Positions 17,975 through 27,732 of a stretch of DNA of 64,000 nucleotides are shown here, piece after piece. A program made the translations under genes and the position numbers. The stretch is from a virus. Its lineage: Duplodnaviria > Caudoviricetes. Numbering within the stretch: the stretch's first letter is position 1; each line of letters opens with the position of its first letter. The stretch is from IMG/VR virus record IMGVR_UViG_3300036762_000065, positions 1 through 64,000 of that record; one strand, written 5' to 3'. The notes under the pieces were generated by a model. That model was not told the DNA's origin. It ran no database searches and was given only the letters and a program-made list of their open reading frames with translations.

Positions 17975-18706
17975 ATGGTATCTACTTTCTATCTACGAAT
18001 GGTTAAGAAACACACTCCATTGTTTTCTGGATTAGATTCCGTCGAACGTCCTTTTTTGGTGTCTGTAAAACCGTTTGTTCCAAACAAACTAAAGTATGTT
18101 GTAGAACCTGTGCTAGAGTTTGATAATATTGATCACGGCATGTATTTTTTAATGCCTGAAGAGGAGCTTAGTTTTACTCAAATGGAGCTTATAGAGAAAG
18201 ACGTACTTAACTTTATGGAAACAGGTTCCAAAACGTCCTGCTCGTTAAAGCTTTGTAAATCATTTTCTAGTAAATTCCGTGATATGAAACAAAGCTTATA
18301 TTTCAATTCATTCTCTGTTAGAGATAGAAGATTATACTTGAATAACTTAAAACTTATTGTAGATAAAAAACCGATAAGTTTTACAGACTACCAAGTACTT
18401 ATTTCACACCTAGTTAATTATTACATAACCTGCACTAAAATAGGACACGATAGCCCTTTCTTTGCAAAAACACTGGAAAAGAATGTGGAGATATTAAACC
18501 TTAAATTTAAGTCCGATACTATTTCAGTTGAGTATACACATAATAGATTTTCAAACTCTCCTATTTTAAACATAAAGTCCGATATGTTTAATTACATGTT
18601 TGAAAGCAGTGATACAGATAGCTTGTTGGAATTTCTTATGCCTGTTTTGTACAGCATGTACAAAGAGGATACCGAAATATCCAGATACTTAGAGTACAAG
18701 AGCTAA
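17975..18706 (+). CDS. Hypothetical protein
   Basis: 243-aa ORF in an operon. Confidence 0.75.
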   Translation: MVSTFYLRMVKKHTPLFSGLDSVERPFLVSVKPFVPNKLKYVVEPVLEFDNIDHGMYFLMPEEELSFTQMELIEKDVLNFMETGSKTSCSLKLCKSFSSKFRDMKQSLYFNSFSVRDRRLYLNNLKLIVDKKPISFTDYQVLISHLVNYYITCTKIGHDSPFFAKTLEKNVEILNLKFKSDTISVEYTHNRFSNSPILNIKSDMFNYMFESSDTDSLLEFLMPVLYSMYKEDTEISRYLEYKS

Positions 18707-18903
18707 TGGCTAACTATTTAGGATTGCGCCGACATAAAGATGTTAAGTACCAGATCGTAATAAAAAACGAAAAAGGAGTTAACGTAGTAGTAGACGAGGA
18801 TGTTCGAAATTTAATTGTAGCCAGAGAAAGAGCACAGACCCTTACAGATTCCACAGGAATCCGACACTTTGTAAATACTGTAAATATAAGCAAATCACAG
18901 TAG
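18706..18903 (+). CDS. Hypothetical protein
   Basis: 65 aa, TAATG coupling. Confidence 0.65.
   Translation: MANYLGLRRHKDVKYQIVIKNEKGVNVVVDEDVRNLIVARERAQTLTDSTGIRHFVNTVNISKSQ
18870..18886 (+). promoter_or_regulatory. Tandem TGTAAATA motifs upstream of the clamp loader
   Basis: TGTAAATA-C-TGTAAATA. Confidence 0.55.
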
Positions 18904-18922
18904 ACAAAGTAGGAGATTTAAC

Positions 18923-20104
18923 GTGGAGAGAAGCCGTTCTTCTTCAAGAACTTCCAGGAAAACAGTACCGACACCTAAAGCAGAAGTACAGCCTATAAAA
19001 GCTGTACTTAGTGAATCGCTTGCCGTTAAGTACAGACCTCATAGAATAACACATCTTATAGGTCAACCTCATGTAGTAACCCAATTAAAAGGAATGTATA
19101 AATCAAAGAAGTTTCCTGCCGCCTTCTTAATTGAAGGACAATACGGCGGAGGCAAAACCACTGTAGCTCGCTTGATTCACAGTATGTTGAATTGCGAAAA
19201 AGGCACTATATGTGGTAAGTGTAGCAGTTGCTTGATGGGAACTAAAGGACACCCCGATTTAATTAACGTCAATGCAGGCAAAGACGGCAAAGTAGATGAC
19301 ATACGTAATCTTGTTCGAAGCGCGGAAGTTGCGCCTATGTTCAACAAGAAGATAATTGTGGTAGACGAGGCGCATAAGTTGACAGGTGCTGCCGCAGAAG
19401 CTTTGCTTGTTCCAATAGAAGAACCTACTCCGAATACAGTATGGATTCTTTGTACAACAAACCCAGAAAAAATGCTTAGTACGATACGCAGTCGTTGCCT
19501 AAAACTTTCTATGAAGCCTATAGAACCTTCCGATATAATTTCCAGATTGAGCTACATAGCACAACAAGAAGGACACGACCTTTCTGCTCTTCCCGACGCT
19601 AATGAAATTCTGGAGCTTATTGCCGACTTCTCCAACGGTAGTATGCGAGATGCTATAAGTCTACTTGAATCCGTATTATACGCTGTTGCATCAGGCGATG
19701 ACTTTACTAAAGAGAACGTACTCAAGTCCTTTGTAGAAAACACCGAGGTTGACCTAGATAAGGCCGCTGTTAGTCTTGTTGCCGCCTCACTAAACAACGA
19801 TATAAAAGGCGCTATACGTGCAATAAAGAAAACTGCTAATGTTCGCGGGTTAGTGTCTAAATCAAGGTGGCTTATAGATTATCTGGTTTGTAAAATAGTC
19901 AAGTGTGCCAAGTACACTCCATATAGCGGCAGACTGTTTGAAGCTATAGCTGAGAAAGAAGAAATAAAAATAAAATTCAGTTCTTTGTTGTTGTTACAGT
20001 CTGCCATAACAGATGCAGAAATGAAAATGAATAATACAAGTATAGATGAAGGTATTATTATGCAATCTGCAATCACTAAATATTTATTTGGATTGGAAGA
20101 ATAA
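18923..20104 (+). CDS. dnaX: DNA polymerase III gamma/tau-like clamp loader AAA+ subunit
   Basis: KYRP...IGQ, GQYGGGKTT, CEKGTICGKCSSC, DEAH, TIRSRC, GSMRDA. Confidence 0.9.
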   Translation: MERSRSSSRTSRKTVPTPKAEVQPIKAVLSESLAVKYRPHRITHLIGQPHVVTQLKGMYKSKKFPAAFLIEGQYGGGKTTVARLIHSMLNCEKGTICGKCSSCLMGTKGHPDLINVNAGKDGKVDDIRNLVRSAEVAPMFNKKIIVVDEAHKLTGAAAEALLVPIEEPTPNTVWILCTTNPEKMLSTIRSRCLKLSMKPIEPSDIISRLSYIAQQEGHDLSALPDANEILELIADFSNGSMRDAISLLESVLYAVASGDDFTKENVLKSFVENTEVDLDKAAVSLVAASLNNDIKGAIRAIKKTANVRGLVSKSRWLIDYLVCKIVKCAKYTPYSGRLFEAIAEKEEIKIKFSSLLLLQSAITDAEMKMNNTSIDEGIIMQSAITKYLFGLEE

Positions 20105-20105
20105 C

Positions 20106-20645
20106 ATGAAGAATTTTAAATACACACTATCTAATAACAGGCCGCTCCCTGTCTCGGAGCTTACTGAAGATATACTTGTTTCTTGTAGAGCTAAACGAGA
20201 CCTGGAATTGGATTCAGGTAATGCTAAATCGTATGTAATGAATGATTGCTTTATATGTACTCCAGGAACCTACAGGACACGCACCCAATTAACCACAGTA
20301 GATGATGTGTGGTGCTCTGCTTGCGGTAGAAACTATTTTGAAGGTCACGATTTAACCGACTACTCAAACTTTGTTACTTCTGTGGAAATACCCGATGTTC
20401 TTGTTACAGAAGAGACCTTAGAATCCATACACACAGGCATGACTGAATACGTTAAAACAAAAACTAATGAACACAATGAGGTTAGTTTTGAGCAGAAAAA
20501 AGACATATATGACAGTACGCAAATAACGTTTCCAGGCATTACGTTATTTGCGTTAGGTGTATCTGCTTTAGTAACTGTAATCATTGTTGTATTTGGAAAT
20601 CCTACTATCTACAGCATGATTGAACGTATCCTATCTATAGGTTAA
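20106..20645 (+). CDS. Hypothetical membrane-anchored protein with Cys pairs
   Basis: ATG 20106; CFIC...CSAC; C-terminal hydrophobic helix. Confidence 0.65.
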   Translation: MKNFKYTLSNNRPLPVSELTEDILVSCRAKRDLELDSGNAKSYVMNDCFICTPGTYRTRTQLTTVDDVWCSACGRNYFEGHDLTDYSNFVTSVEIPDVLVTEETLESIHTGMTEYVKTKTNEHNEVSFEQKKDIYDSTQITFPGITLFALGVSALVTVIIVVFGNPTIYSMIERILSIG

Positions 20646-20650
20646 TCTCT

Positions 20651-23062
20651 ATGTTGAACGTCACTGATTTGTGGTTAAAAGATGTTGTACTATATAAGAA
20701 AGTACACATCCCGATAAATAAGAATAACGGTTTTGTTGTTATAACAGGCCACAACAGAGACAGTAGAATATCAGGCGAACAAAATAACGGAGCCGGTAAG
20801 TCTCTGTTATTAAGTGCTATACCTAACTTGAGGTATGCATCAGCCCCTTTGTCTACAGCAAAGAACTCTAAAAAGGATATGCTTGATAGTACCCAGTCCA
20901 TGATTCGCATGGCTTTTGAAAATAACGAAGGTAATCTCGTTAGAATAACACAGAATCCTAAGAAATGGATTATAGAAGAGTATGATAGTAATAGGGAATT
21001 GTATGTAGATCAACAGGTACACAGGCTTATAGAACAACAATCTAAGTTAGAAGACCACTTCCCAATTTCCGAAAGCGAGTTTTATAGCTATGTGTACGTG
21101 CAGTCCCAATTAAAGCTAGATTTTCAAGTAGGTAAGCCTTTAGATAGGTTGAAGTTTATAACAGACGTATTCCATCTAAGTGAGTACGATGCTATTAAGA
21201 AGTACTTTACCCAGATGTTAGGAAGGATCAAAGACGAACAAACAAAGTTCGATGTTATACAGTCAAAACTAATCGGTGTAGTCACCACGTTAGATAAACT
21301 AAAATGGAATGACAAGAAACAAAGTGACTTAGAACTAGCAAAGGAAAGATTGGAATCGGTTAAAACCGCACATATAGATTTAGGTAGAGAGATATCAAAA
21401 GCCAAATCAACGTACAGAGGACTGAAGTCTTTAGTAGCTTTAAAGGAAGAAGAAAATAAGATAAAGGAAAAAGATAAATACATTACCGATTTCATAAAAG
21501 AAAAAGGAGGTGTTGATGCCGCAGTAGTGTATTTTAAACAACAGATAGACCTTTTGCACAAAACAGAAAACTACAGCATACAACTGGCTGCTGCCAAGAA
21601 ACAACGCCGCCGCGTACTAGCAAAGCTAGAGGAACTACGAGCACAAAATATACCTTCTTTAACTGTCCTTAAAAAAGAAAAAACAAAGTACCAAGATCAA
21701 CTAGATCAATTACAAGGCAATAAAAGGAGATACGAGTCACACCTTGAGAATATAGATCGGCTCAAAGCTAAGAAAGAGCGTTCCTTACAGTTATTGCAGG
21801 AATTAGGGTTTGATTCTATTGATGATGTTGATACAAAAATAGATATAGATGAGGACATGTCTATATGTAAAACCACAATACGTTTAGAGCGTTTGTTGAA
21901 TAGCGGCGACCACGTTTGTCCTACTTGTTTGCAAGATGTTGACATTGATACGATAGAATCAAACGTAAAAAAAGCTAATATAAAACTTACTAAGTTACGT
22001 ACACTGGAAAAAGCTAGGCAGTTCCGGGCAGATTATTTAGAATCTATGGAGACACTGGAAGAAGACAACACTGACCTTAGTGCAGAGTCCATAGCTCTTA
22101 TAGACAATAAGATAAAATCCAGTAAACGTAGACTAGAATCTATAGAAAAGCATATGGCTTTGTGCGGAAAAGTGAAGGATCTTGAAGAAGACCTTAAGTC
22201 GATAGAAAAACCCAAAGCACCTGCAGAGAATCCTGATGAGGGTATAGATTTAGTGAGTGCTAAAAATGCACTCGATGTTTGTAATCATCTAGGTAAGATT
22301 GCCCACAGTATTGCGAATGTATACCAAGCACACAACTCTCTAAAGAAACTTTTAAAAGAAAAAGGTATTGAAGCTGCTTTTGAGGAAATCCAGGAAGAAC
22401 TAAATACCAACATGTTGCACTACGACGACCTGTCTGAGGAGCAGACTGAACTTATTAGATATGTCAGTAAGATGGATATGAAGTTCGGAGAGTACCGTAT
22501 TCTCACTAAGCAAAGAACAGAATATGAAACAGAAATGGAGGAAATAAAACCACTTCTCGAAAAACGTGATATGTATAAAGCACTAGAACAAGCTTATGGT
22601 TCTAAAGGTCTTAAAGTCGAACGTGCCGATGAGATAGTTACAATACTTGAAGCCAATCTTAATCAGTACAGTCATTTTATATTCGCAGAACCTTTTTCGT
22701 TCCGTGTATATGCTAATGATAGCGGTATACATTGTGAAGTTGACAGAGGTAATGGAAAACCTAGCGATGTTAAACTACTAAGCGGCGCTGAATCTGATTG
22801 CTTCAGGATGTTATTTATGTTGAGTATGCTTGTTATGGTTCCTCATACCAGACGTACAAACTTTGTTGTTCTTGATGAGCCTGACAGTCATATGGATACA
22901 GCAACTAAAGAATTATTTAAAGATAGTTTTTTACCGTACTTACGCGAAGTCGTACCTCATGTGTTTTTAATAACGCCTTTAGACCCTCATTTCTATAGTG
23001 ACTTTGAACACTGGGAAGTTGTAAAAGAGAACGGTATTTCAACAGTCCGAAGAGCCGGTTAG
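20651..23062 (+). CDS. SbcC/Rad50-like ABC ATPase
   Basis: NGAGKS Walker A, coiled coils, CPTC zinc hook, LSGAE signature, LDEPD Walker B. Confidence 0.92.
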   Translation: MLNVTDLWLKDVVLYKKVHIPINKNNGFVVITGHNRDSRISGEQNNGAGKSLLLSAIPNLRYASAPLSTAKNSKKDMLDSTQSMIRMAFENNEGNLVRITQNPKKWIIEEYDSNRELYVDQQVHRLIEQQSKLEDHFPISESEFYSYVYVQSQLKLDFQVGKPLDRLKFITDVFHLSEYDAIKKYFTQMLGRIKDEQTKFDVIQSKLIGVVTTLDKLKWNDKKQSDLELAKERLESVKTAHIDLGREISKAKSTYRGLKSLVALKEEENKIKEKDKYITDFIKEKGGVDAAVVYFKQQIDLLHKTENYSIQLAAAKKQRRRVLAKLEELRAQNIPSLTVLKKEKTKYQDQLDQLQGNKRRYESHLENIDRLKAKKERSLQLLQELGFDSIDDVDTKIDIDEDMSICKTTIRLERLLNSGDHVCPTCLQDVDIDTIESNVKKANIKLTKLRTLEKARQFRADYLESMETLEEDNTDLSAESIALIDNKIKSSKRRLESIEKHMALCGKVKDLEEDLKSIEKPKAPAENPDEGIDLVSAKNALDVCNHLGKIAHSIANVYQAHNSLKKLLKEKGIEAAFEEIQEELNTNMLHYDDLSEEQTELIRYVSKMDMKFGEYRILTKQRTEYETEMEEIKPLLEKRDMYKALEQAYGSKGLKVERADEIVTILEANLNQYSHFIFAEPFSFRVYANDSGIHCEVDRGNGKPSDVKLLSGAESDCFRMLFMLSMLVMVPHTRRTNFVVLDEPDSHMDTATKELFKDSFLPYLREVVPHVFLITPLDPHFYSDFEHWEVVKENGISTVRRAG

Positions 23063-23081
23063 TAGTATAAGGAGATTAGTC

Positions 23082-23498
23082 GTGCCTATACAAATTGCAG
23101 GAGTGGCCAAATATAAGTGTATGTATTGCGGCTCTGAACATATGTCTTATGATGCTGCGTTAGATTGTGAACTGCACGGCCCTTCTTTTGATTTCGCTTC
23201 ACATAAGATAGGAGATACCCTATCGTTTGAGGTTGAGACTAACTTAGGGGGTGTACGTTGGTCTTACAGGAAAGTACATGCCGATATTATTTTTAAGTTT
23301 ATGTCTTACGACAGTAGTATCAATGCACACCGTACTATCTATGTTGTTGGATATGATGGCCAGGAGCGTTTTGTGTTTATGGGAGAATCCTCTTTTGGAA
23401 CCCGCTTGATCGCTCCTAGTGATCTAATATACAGGACAGGATTTGTGGACTCTGTATTAAAAGCCGAGTATTCTGACTTATTTACCGACTTATGTTAA
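23082..23498 (+). CDS. Hypothetical protein with N-terminal Zn-binding motif
   Basis: YKCMYCG...ALDCELH; AGGAG SD. Confidence 0.7.
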   Translation: MPIQIAGVAKYKCMYCGSEHMSYDAALDCELHGPSFDFASHKIGDTLSFEVETNLGGVRWSYRKVHADIIFKFMSYDSSINAHRTIYVVGYDGQERFVFMGESSFGTRLIAPSDLIYRTGFVDSVLKAEYSDLFTDLC

Positions 23499-23532
23499 TT
23501 TATGCTTCTGATGTAAGTCAACAAAGGAAGCA

Positions 23533-23865
23533 TTGTGTATGGGTAGTGCGGAAGGTACGGACATAGACGTTGTAAAGGAATTAAGTCCTAGAGTTAGAGC
23601 ATTTATTAACGAGTTAATGGAAGCACCTGCAGGTTGTGTTAGATATAGTCTTCAAGTTGCTACACTATTAGAAATGCCTAATAAGATGGCTAGATATACA
23701 GAAGATGAATTTGCTGCCTTTACATTGTTTGATGTATTTTGTGTAAAGGAGTTTAATTTGTCTAGGAGTAATAAAAAAGTACATTGTATTGCAGACGGTC
23801 ATTACTCCAGTGCGAAAACAACTCCTTTAGCTATTTGTGCTGTCATGTTGATGTTGAAAGGATAA
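23533..23865 (+). CDS. Hypothetical protein
   Basis: 110-aa ORF, start uncertain. Confidence 0.6.
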   Translation: MCMGSAEGTDIDVVKELSPRVRAFINELMEAPAGCVRYSLQVATLLEMPNKMARYTEDEFAAFTLFDVFCVKEFNLSRSNKKVHCIADGHYSSAKTTPLAICAVMLMLKG

Positions 23866-23946
23866 TACTATGAGTTTAATTTATGCAAATTAAATACAGC
23901 TACCTTTATAATTTAATAAATATTCAACATTAGTATAGAGGATTCC

Positions 23947-24297
23947 ATGAATATATATTCTAGGATTAGAACCAAAACTAAGTTTATGACAACAGAAGAA
24001 TTCGTTAAAAAACTGTTTGAACTTGCACATGTAAAACCTATTATTTCTTGTAAAGAAACTATAAAAGGTGAGGTGTTTTTAACAGACAACGCTTTTTCTA
24101 AGCTCGTAGCTGCGGATCATCTAGTTTCTTCAATATTCTCTCCTAACATATCGACTGAACATCCTGGTGTTATTGGAACATTGCATAATTCGGAAGGTAC
24201 AACATTTTTAATGCGTACAAACGCAATGCAGCGTTCCGTACACAGAGATTACGAAGGTCTCGGTGACGGTGATATGGAATTAAGACTTTTTGCCTAA
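23947..24297 (+). CDS. Hypothetical protein
   Basis: 116 aa with GAGG SD. Confidence 0.7.
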   Translation: MNIYSRIRTKTKFMTTEEFVKKLFELAHVKPIISCKETIKGEVFLTDNAFSKLVAADHLVSSIFSPNISTEHPGVIGTLHNSEGTTFLMRTNAMQRSVHRDYEGLGDGDMELRLFA

Positions 24298-24306
24298 GGA
24301 TATACT

Positions 24307-25077
24307 ATGCGAGTATTTGGTGTTTGTAATCATTGTCCAGACTACATGTTTGTGTGGCTGAAGAAGACTCTCTGTATAGATCAAGACAGTATACTGATAC
24401 TACCTGAACAGGCTTTTTTACCTAAAAGATTAAAATCCAATATACGTGTTATAATGTTCTTATCTAATAGGTCATTTCGTAGAAACCTAGATAAACTAAA
24501 CTCCGATAGATACAAAAAAGTAACAGGTATATTATTCGCAAGTCCATTAGACATAAACGAGTATAATAACATAGTACCTCTAGATTTTGAGGAATCTAAT
24601 GATATACACTTAGATGCCTTTATGTTGAAGTCTATTCAAGGTTCCGAGTTTCAGTTAGATAGCGACCTTACAGTAGTAAGCAAACGTAAGGTAGATTACT
24701 TGAATATTGTCATGGAACATATAAAATCTTTTGGCAGTCTGCTAAACCCGCTAATGTCTTTTATATACACATTACCTAACGGTACGCACCAAAAACCTTT
24801 AAAGGAAATTGTGTGTAGTTGTATATACAACAATGATACAGTTAAAAGCCTAGAGCGTATATTGAAAAGTAAAGAAAACTCTATGCCTCTTTCTGCTAAA
24901 CAAAAGCAGAGAATTATTGAATTAATGTCTTCCGACATTGCCAATAAATACAAAAATGCAATAGTTGCATACAGGGCCTCCGAAGTAAAAGATGAAGATT
25001 TGCTGAAACGCCTTGTTTCCGAATATGAAGTTTCAGCATATGAGTTGAGATACATAATATCTATAATAAACCAATAG
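24307..25077 (+). CDS. Hypothetical protein
   Basis: 256 aa with AAGGA SD. Confidence 0.8.
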   Translation: MRVFGVCNHCPDYMFVWLKKTLCIDQDSILILPEQAFLPKRLKSNIRVIMFLSNRSFRRNLDKLNSDRYKKVTGILFASPLDINEYNNIVPLDFEESNDIHLDAFMLKSIQGSEFQLDSDLTVVSKRKVDYLNIVMEHIKSFGSLLNPLMSFIYTLPNGTHQKPLKEIVCSCIYNNDTVKSLERILKSKENSMPLSAKQKQRIIELMSSDIANKYKNAIVAYRASEVKDEDLLKRLVSEYEVSAYELRYIISIINQ

Positions 25078-25086
25078 GAGGTTATT

Positions 25087-25395
25087 GTGTTAGACGACAA
25101 GGAAGACGGACTATTTGAATCACGAGCCTATGTGTTCCACATACATAAAAATAAACATTCTTTTGTACATGTTTTGCGACCTTCTCAACTGTTGATGAAA
25201 GGAGATACAATAATTGTAAGAATTAATGGTAGTAGGTACTACGGAAAGGTTGATAAACTTGTATTTTTTGAAAATAGGCAAGACCTGAATACAGATGTTG
25301 TTGTAGGAGTCCATTTTCAAAAGTTGGCACTCATTAAACCTAACCTGCTAAAGGAACCTGCTATGGATATTAGTGCGTTAGACGGCATTGATTAG
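25087..25395 (+). CDS. Hypothetical protein
   Basis: GTG start with AGGAGG SD. Confidence 0.7.
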   Translation: MLDDKEDGLFESRAYVFHIHKNKHSFVHVLRPSQLLMKGDTIIVRINGSRYYGKVDKLVFFENRQDLNTDVVVGVHFQKLALIKPNLLKEPAMDISALDGID

Positions 25396-25400
25396 TTAAG

Positions 25401-25408
25401 TGTAAATA
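25401..25408 (+). promoter_or_regulatory. TGTAAATA motif upstream of the SbcD-like gene
   Basis: Intergenic copy of the recurrent motif. Confidence 0.55.
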
Positions 25409-25436
25409 TATAAGAACAATAAATTGGTGTACTTAT

Positions 25437-26498
25437 ATGAAGTATCTAACAGGAATAGCTACAAGTGATTGGCACTTTGGCGGACTACAGAAGCATTTTT
25501 CAAATCATGTTGAACGTACTGTACATGAACTAGATAAAATTTACAGGTACGCTATTGATAACGGTATCAAGCATGTGTTTGTTCCAGGCGATATTTCAGA
25601 TTCTCCAAACATGCCGTGGGAAATTTATATACAACTTGTACTGTTTTTAAAGAAGTATGATGGTATTATTCACACTCACTATATATGCGGTAACCATGAC
25701 TTTTCCGACTTGTCGAAAACAAGTATGGATTTCCTAAGTGTGCTGCAACAGCAAAACTTCTTTAAAACATTCCATCTGTATTTACAAGCAGAGCAGGTAG
25801 TTATAGACGGAGTGACTGTAAATTTCTTACCGTACCCTTCCACAGAAAGCCTCACTTCAGAAAATCCGTGTTTAAACTTCTCTCATGTTACGTATAACGG
25901 AGCACTAGGAGACAACGGACGTAAGTTAAGAGTTAAAGATGAGTTCATACAAGACCCTCGTGATTATAACATTAGCGGTCATATTCATCTATACCAGCAT
26001 CTAAAATCCAAACGTGCTGTATATTGCGGCAACCCGTTTCAAAAGAACTTCGGTGAGAGTTTGCCAAAAGGATTCATACACTTCAGAGCGCGACAGTCTA
26101 GTAAAAGTGAAGTTTTGGAATTTAAACATAAGTTCGTCAACAACGAGCCTGATTTTGAACTCCGTAATCTTGTTATAAACAATACAAGTGACTTTGCAGC
26201 GTTAAAAAAATCAAACGGAATAAGATATAAGTTGTTTGTTGACCCTTCGGTGTTGGTGCCTAAAAATCTACTTATCGAGTATCCGAATATAACCGGCGGC
26301 ATATTTGATATTAAAGGTCAGAAGAAGGCACACGAGGATGATGTTGTTGAACGAACAGTTAGTTCAATAGATAAAGTTAGCTCTACTAATGTACGTAAAG
26401 GACTTACTTCTTTTATGCTTGAAAAAGGATTTGAAAAACTACACATAAAACAAGCACATTTAGAAGTTAAAAAAGCTATGAATGAATTGGGAATTTAA
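25437..26498 (+). CDS. SbcD/Mre11-like metallophosphoesterase nuclease
   Basis: SDWH, PGDISD, GNHD, GHIH, YCGNP..KNFGE. Confidence 0.92.
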   Translation: MKYLTGIATSDWHFGGLQKHFSNHVERTVHELDKIYRYAIDNGIKHVFVPGDISDSPNMPWEIYIQLVLFLKKYDGIIHTHYICGNHDFSDLSKTSMDFLSVLQQQNFFKTFHLYLQAEQVVIDGVTVNFLPYPSTESLTSENPCLNFSHVTYNGALGDNGRKLRVKDEFIQDPRDYNISGHIHLYQHLKSKRAVYCGNPFQKNFGESLPKGFIHFRARQSSKSEVLEFKHKFVNNEPDFELRNLVINNTSDFAALKKSNGIRYKLFVDPSVLVPKNLLIEYPNITGGIFDIKGQKKAHEDDVVERTVSSIDKVSSTNVRKGLTSFMLEKGFEKLHIKQAHLEVKKAMNELGI

Positions 26499-26642
26499 TG
26501 ATATATTTTCTGGCAGTACAACCAGTTAGTGCCTGATTTTAATAATTTAACTACGTAAGCATCCAGTTCAATGTCCTTTGGCGCTGAAGGTTGACTGGCT
26601 GTTACTTCAGTTCCAAAAGTTAACTTATTATGGAGAATTATT

Positions 26643-27644
26643 ATGGCTGTTTCTAAAAAAACAACCGCCGCAAAACCGGCAGCCAGTAAAGGTGCTAAGG
26701 TTAAAAAGGTCACTTCTGTAACCCAGAAGACTAACAAAGTAAAACTGGACATGAGTCCTGAAGCCGTTAAAGCAAGAAAAGAGGCTAAACTAGAGAGAAA
26801 AAAGCCGGCCGCTAAGGCAGCCGCTAAGCTTGCAAACAAGAAAAAAAGAGCTACTATGACGCCTGCTGAAAAGAAAAAAGAAGCAGAACGTAACGTTGTT
26901 CTTCGTGCTCGCCGTACAGGTAAGGACGAGAAGCAAGCTCTAGCCGACTTCAGAGCTAAGAAATCAGGTAAGCCCACTACAGCAGCTAAGAACCGTGCTC
27001 AACGTGTGGCTATTCGTAAGGCACATGCGGCAAAACGTGCAGGGTTTACAGAAGCACGTAAAAAAATTGCTGATGCTTATAAGGCAGCGCGTGAAAAGGT
27101 AAAAACACTGCCTGTTGAGAAACGCCGTGCGGCAAACGCAGCTTTGAAAACAAAGTATGTTAATGCAAAGCAAGCACTAGCTAAAAAACGTGAAGCGGCA
27201 GCGGCAGCGGCAAAAACTAAAGCAGCTAAGTATGCACGAACAGCACGTTCGTCTAAAGCTCCTGCTCCTGTTAAAGCCGCACCTACTACTGTAGCGAGAA
27301 AAGCTCGGACTCCTAAGGCAGCTCCAGCCGCAGCTCCTGCTGCGAAAGCTCCAAGAAAAGCTCGGACTCCTAAGGCAGCCGCAGCTCCTGCTGCGAAAGC
27401 TCCAAGAAAGGCCCGGACTCCTAAGGCAGCTCCTGCTGCTCCGGCAGCTAAAGCCCCAAGAAAGGCCCGGACTCCTAAGGCAGCTCCTGCTGCTCCGGCA
27501 GCTAAAGCCCCAAGAAAGGCCCGGACTCCTAAGGCAGCTCCTGCTGCTCCTGCTGCGAAAGCTCCAAGAAAAGCTCGGACTCCTAAGGCTGCTCCAGCCG
27601 CAGCTCCTGCTGCGAAAGTAGCAAGACGCGGCGCAAAAAAGTAA
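26643..27644 (+). CDS. Histone H1-like basic nucleic-acid-binding protein
   Basis: Extremely K/A/R/P-rich; about six KAPRKARTPKAAPAAPAA repeats; GGAG SD; followed by a terminator. Confidence 0.8.
   Translation: MAVSKKTTAAKPAASKGAKVKKVTSVTQKTNKVKLDMSPEAVKARKEAKLERKKPAAKAAAKLANKKKRATMTPAEKKKEAERNVVLRARRTGKDEKQALADFRAKKSGKPTTAAKNRAQRVAIRKAHAAKRAGFTEARKKIADAYKAAREKVKTLPVEKRRAANAALKTKYVNAKQALAKKREAAAAAAKTKAAKYARTARSSKAPAPVKAAPTTVARKARTPKAAPAAAPAAKAPRKARTPKAAAAPAAKAPRKARTPKAAPAAPAAKAPRKARTPKAAPAAPAAKAPRKARTPKAAPAAPAAKAPRKARTPKAAPAAAPAAKVARRGAKK
27295..27618 (+). repeat. About six tandem ~54-bp coding repeats (K-A-R-T-P-K-A core)
   Basis: Invariant CGGACTCCTAAGGC core in each unit. Confidence 0.9.
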
Positions 27645-27676
27645 AATTAGGTTAGATTCTTTAATTTTACAACTGG

Positions 27677-27712
27677 AATGCGAACCTTGCTTTAAGTTTG
27701 GTTCGCATTTTT
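27677..27712 (+). terminator. Rho-independent terminator
   Basis: AATGCGAACC...GGTTCGCATT followed by TTT. Confidence 0.75.
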
Positions 27713-27732
27713 CATTTATAGGTGTTTAAAAA

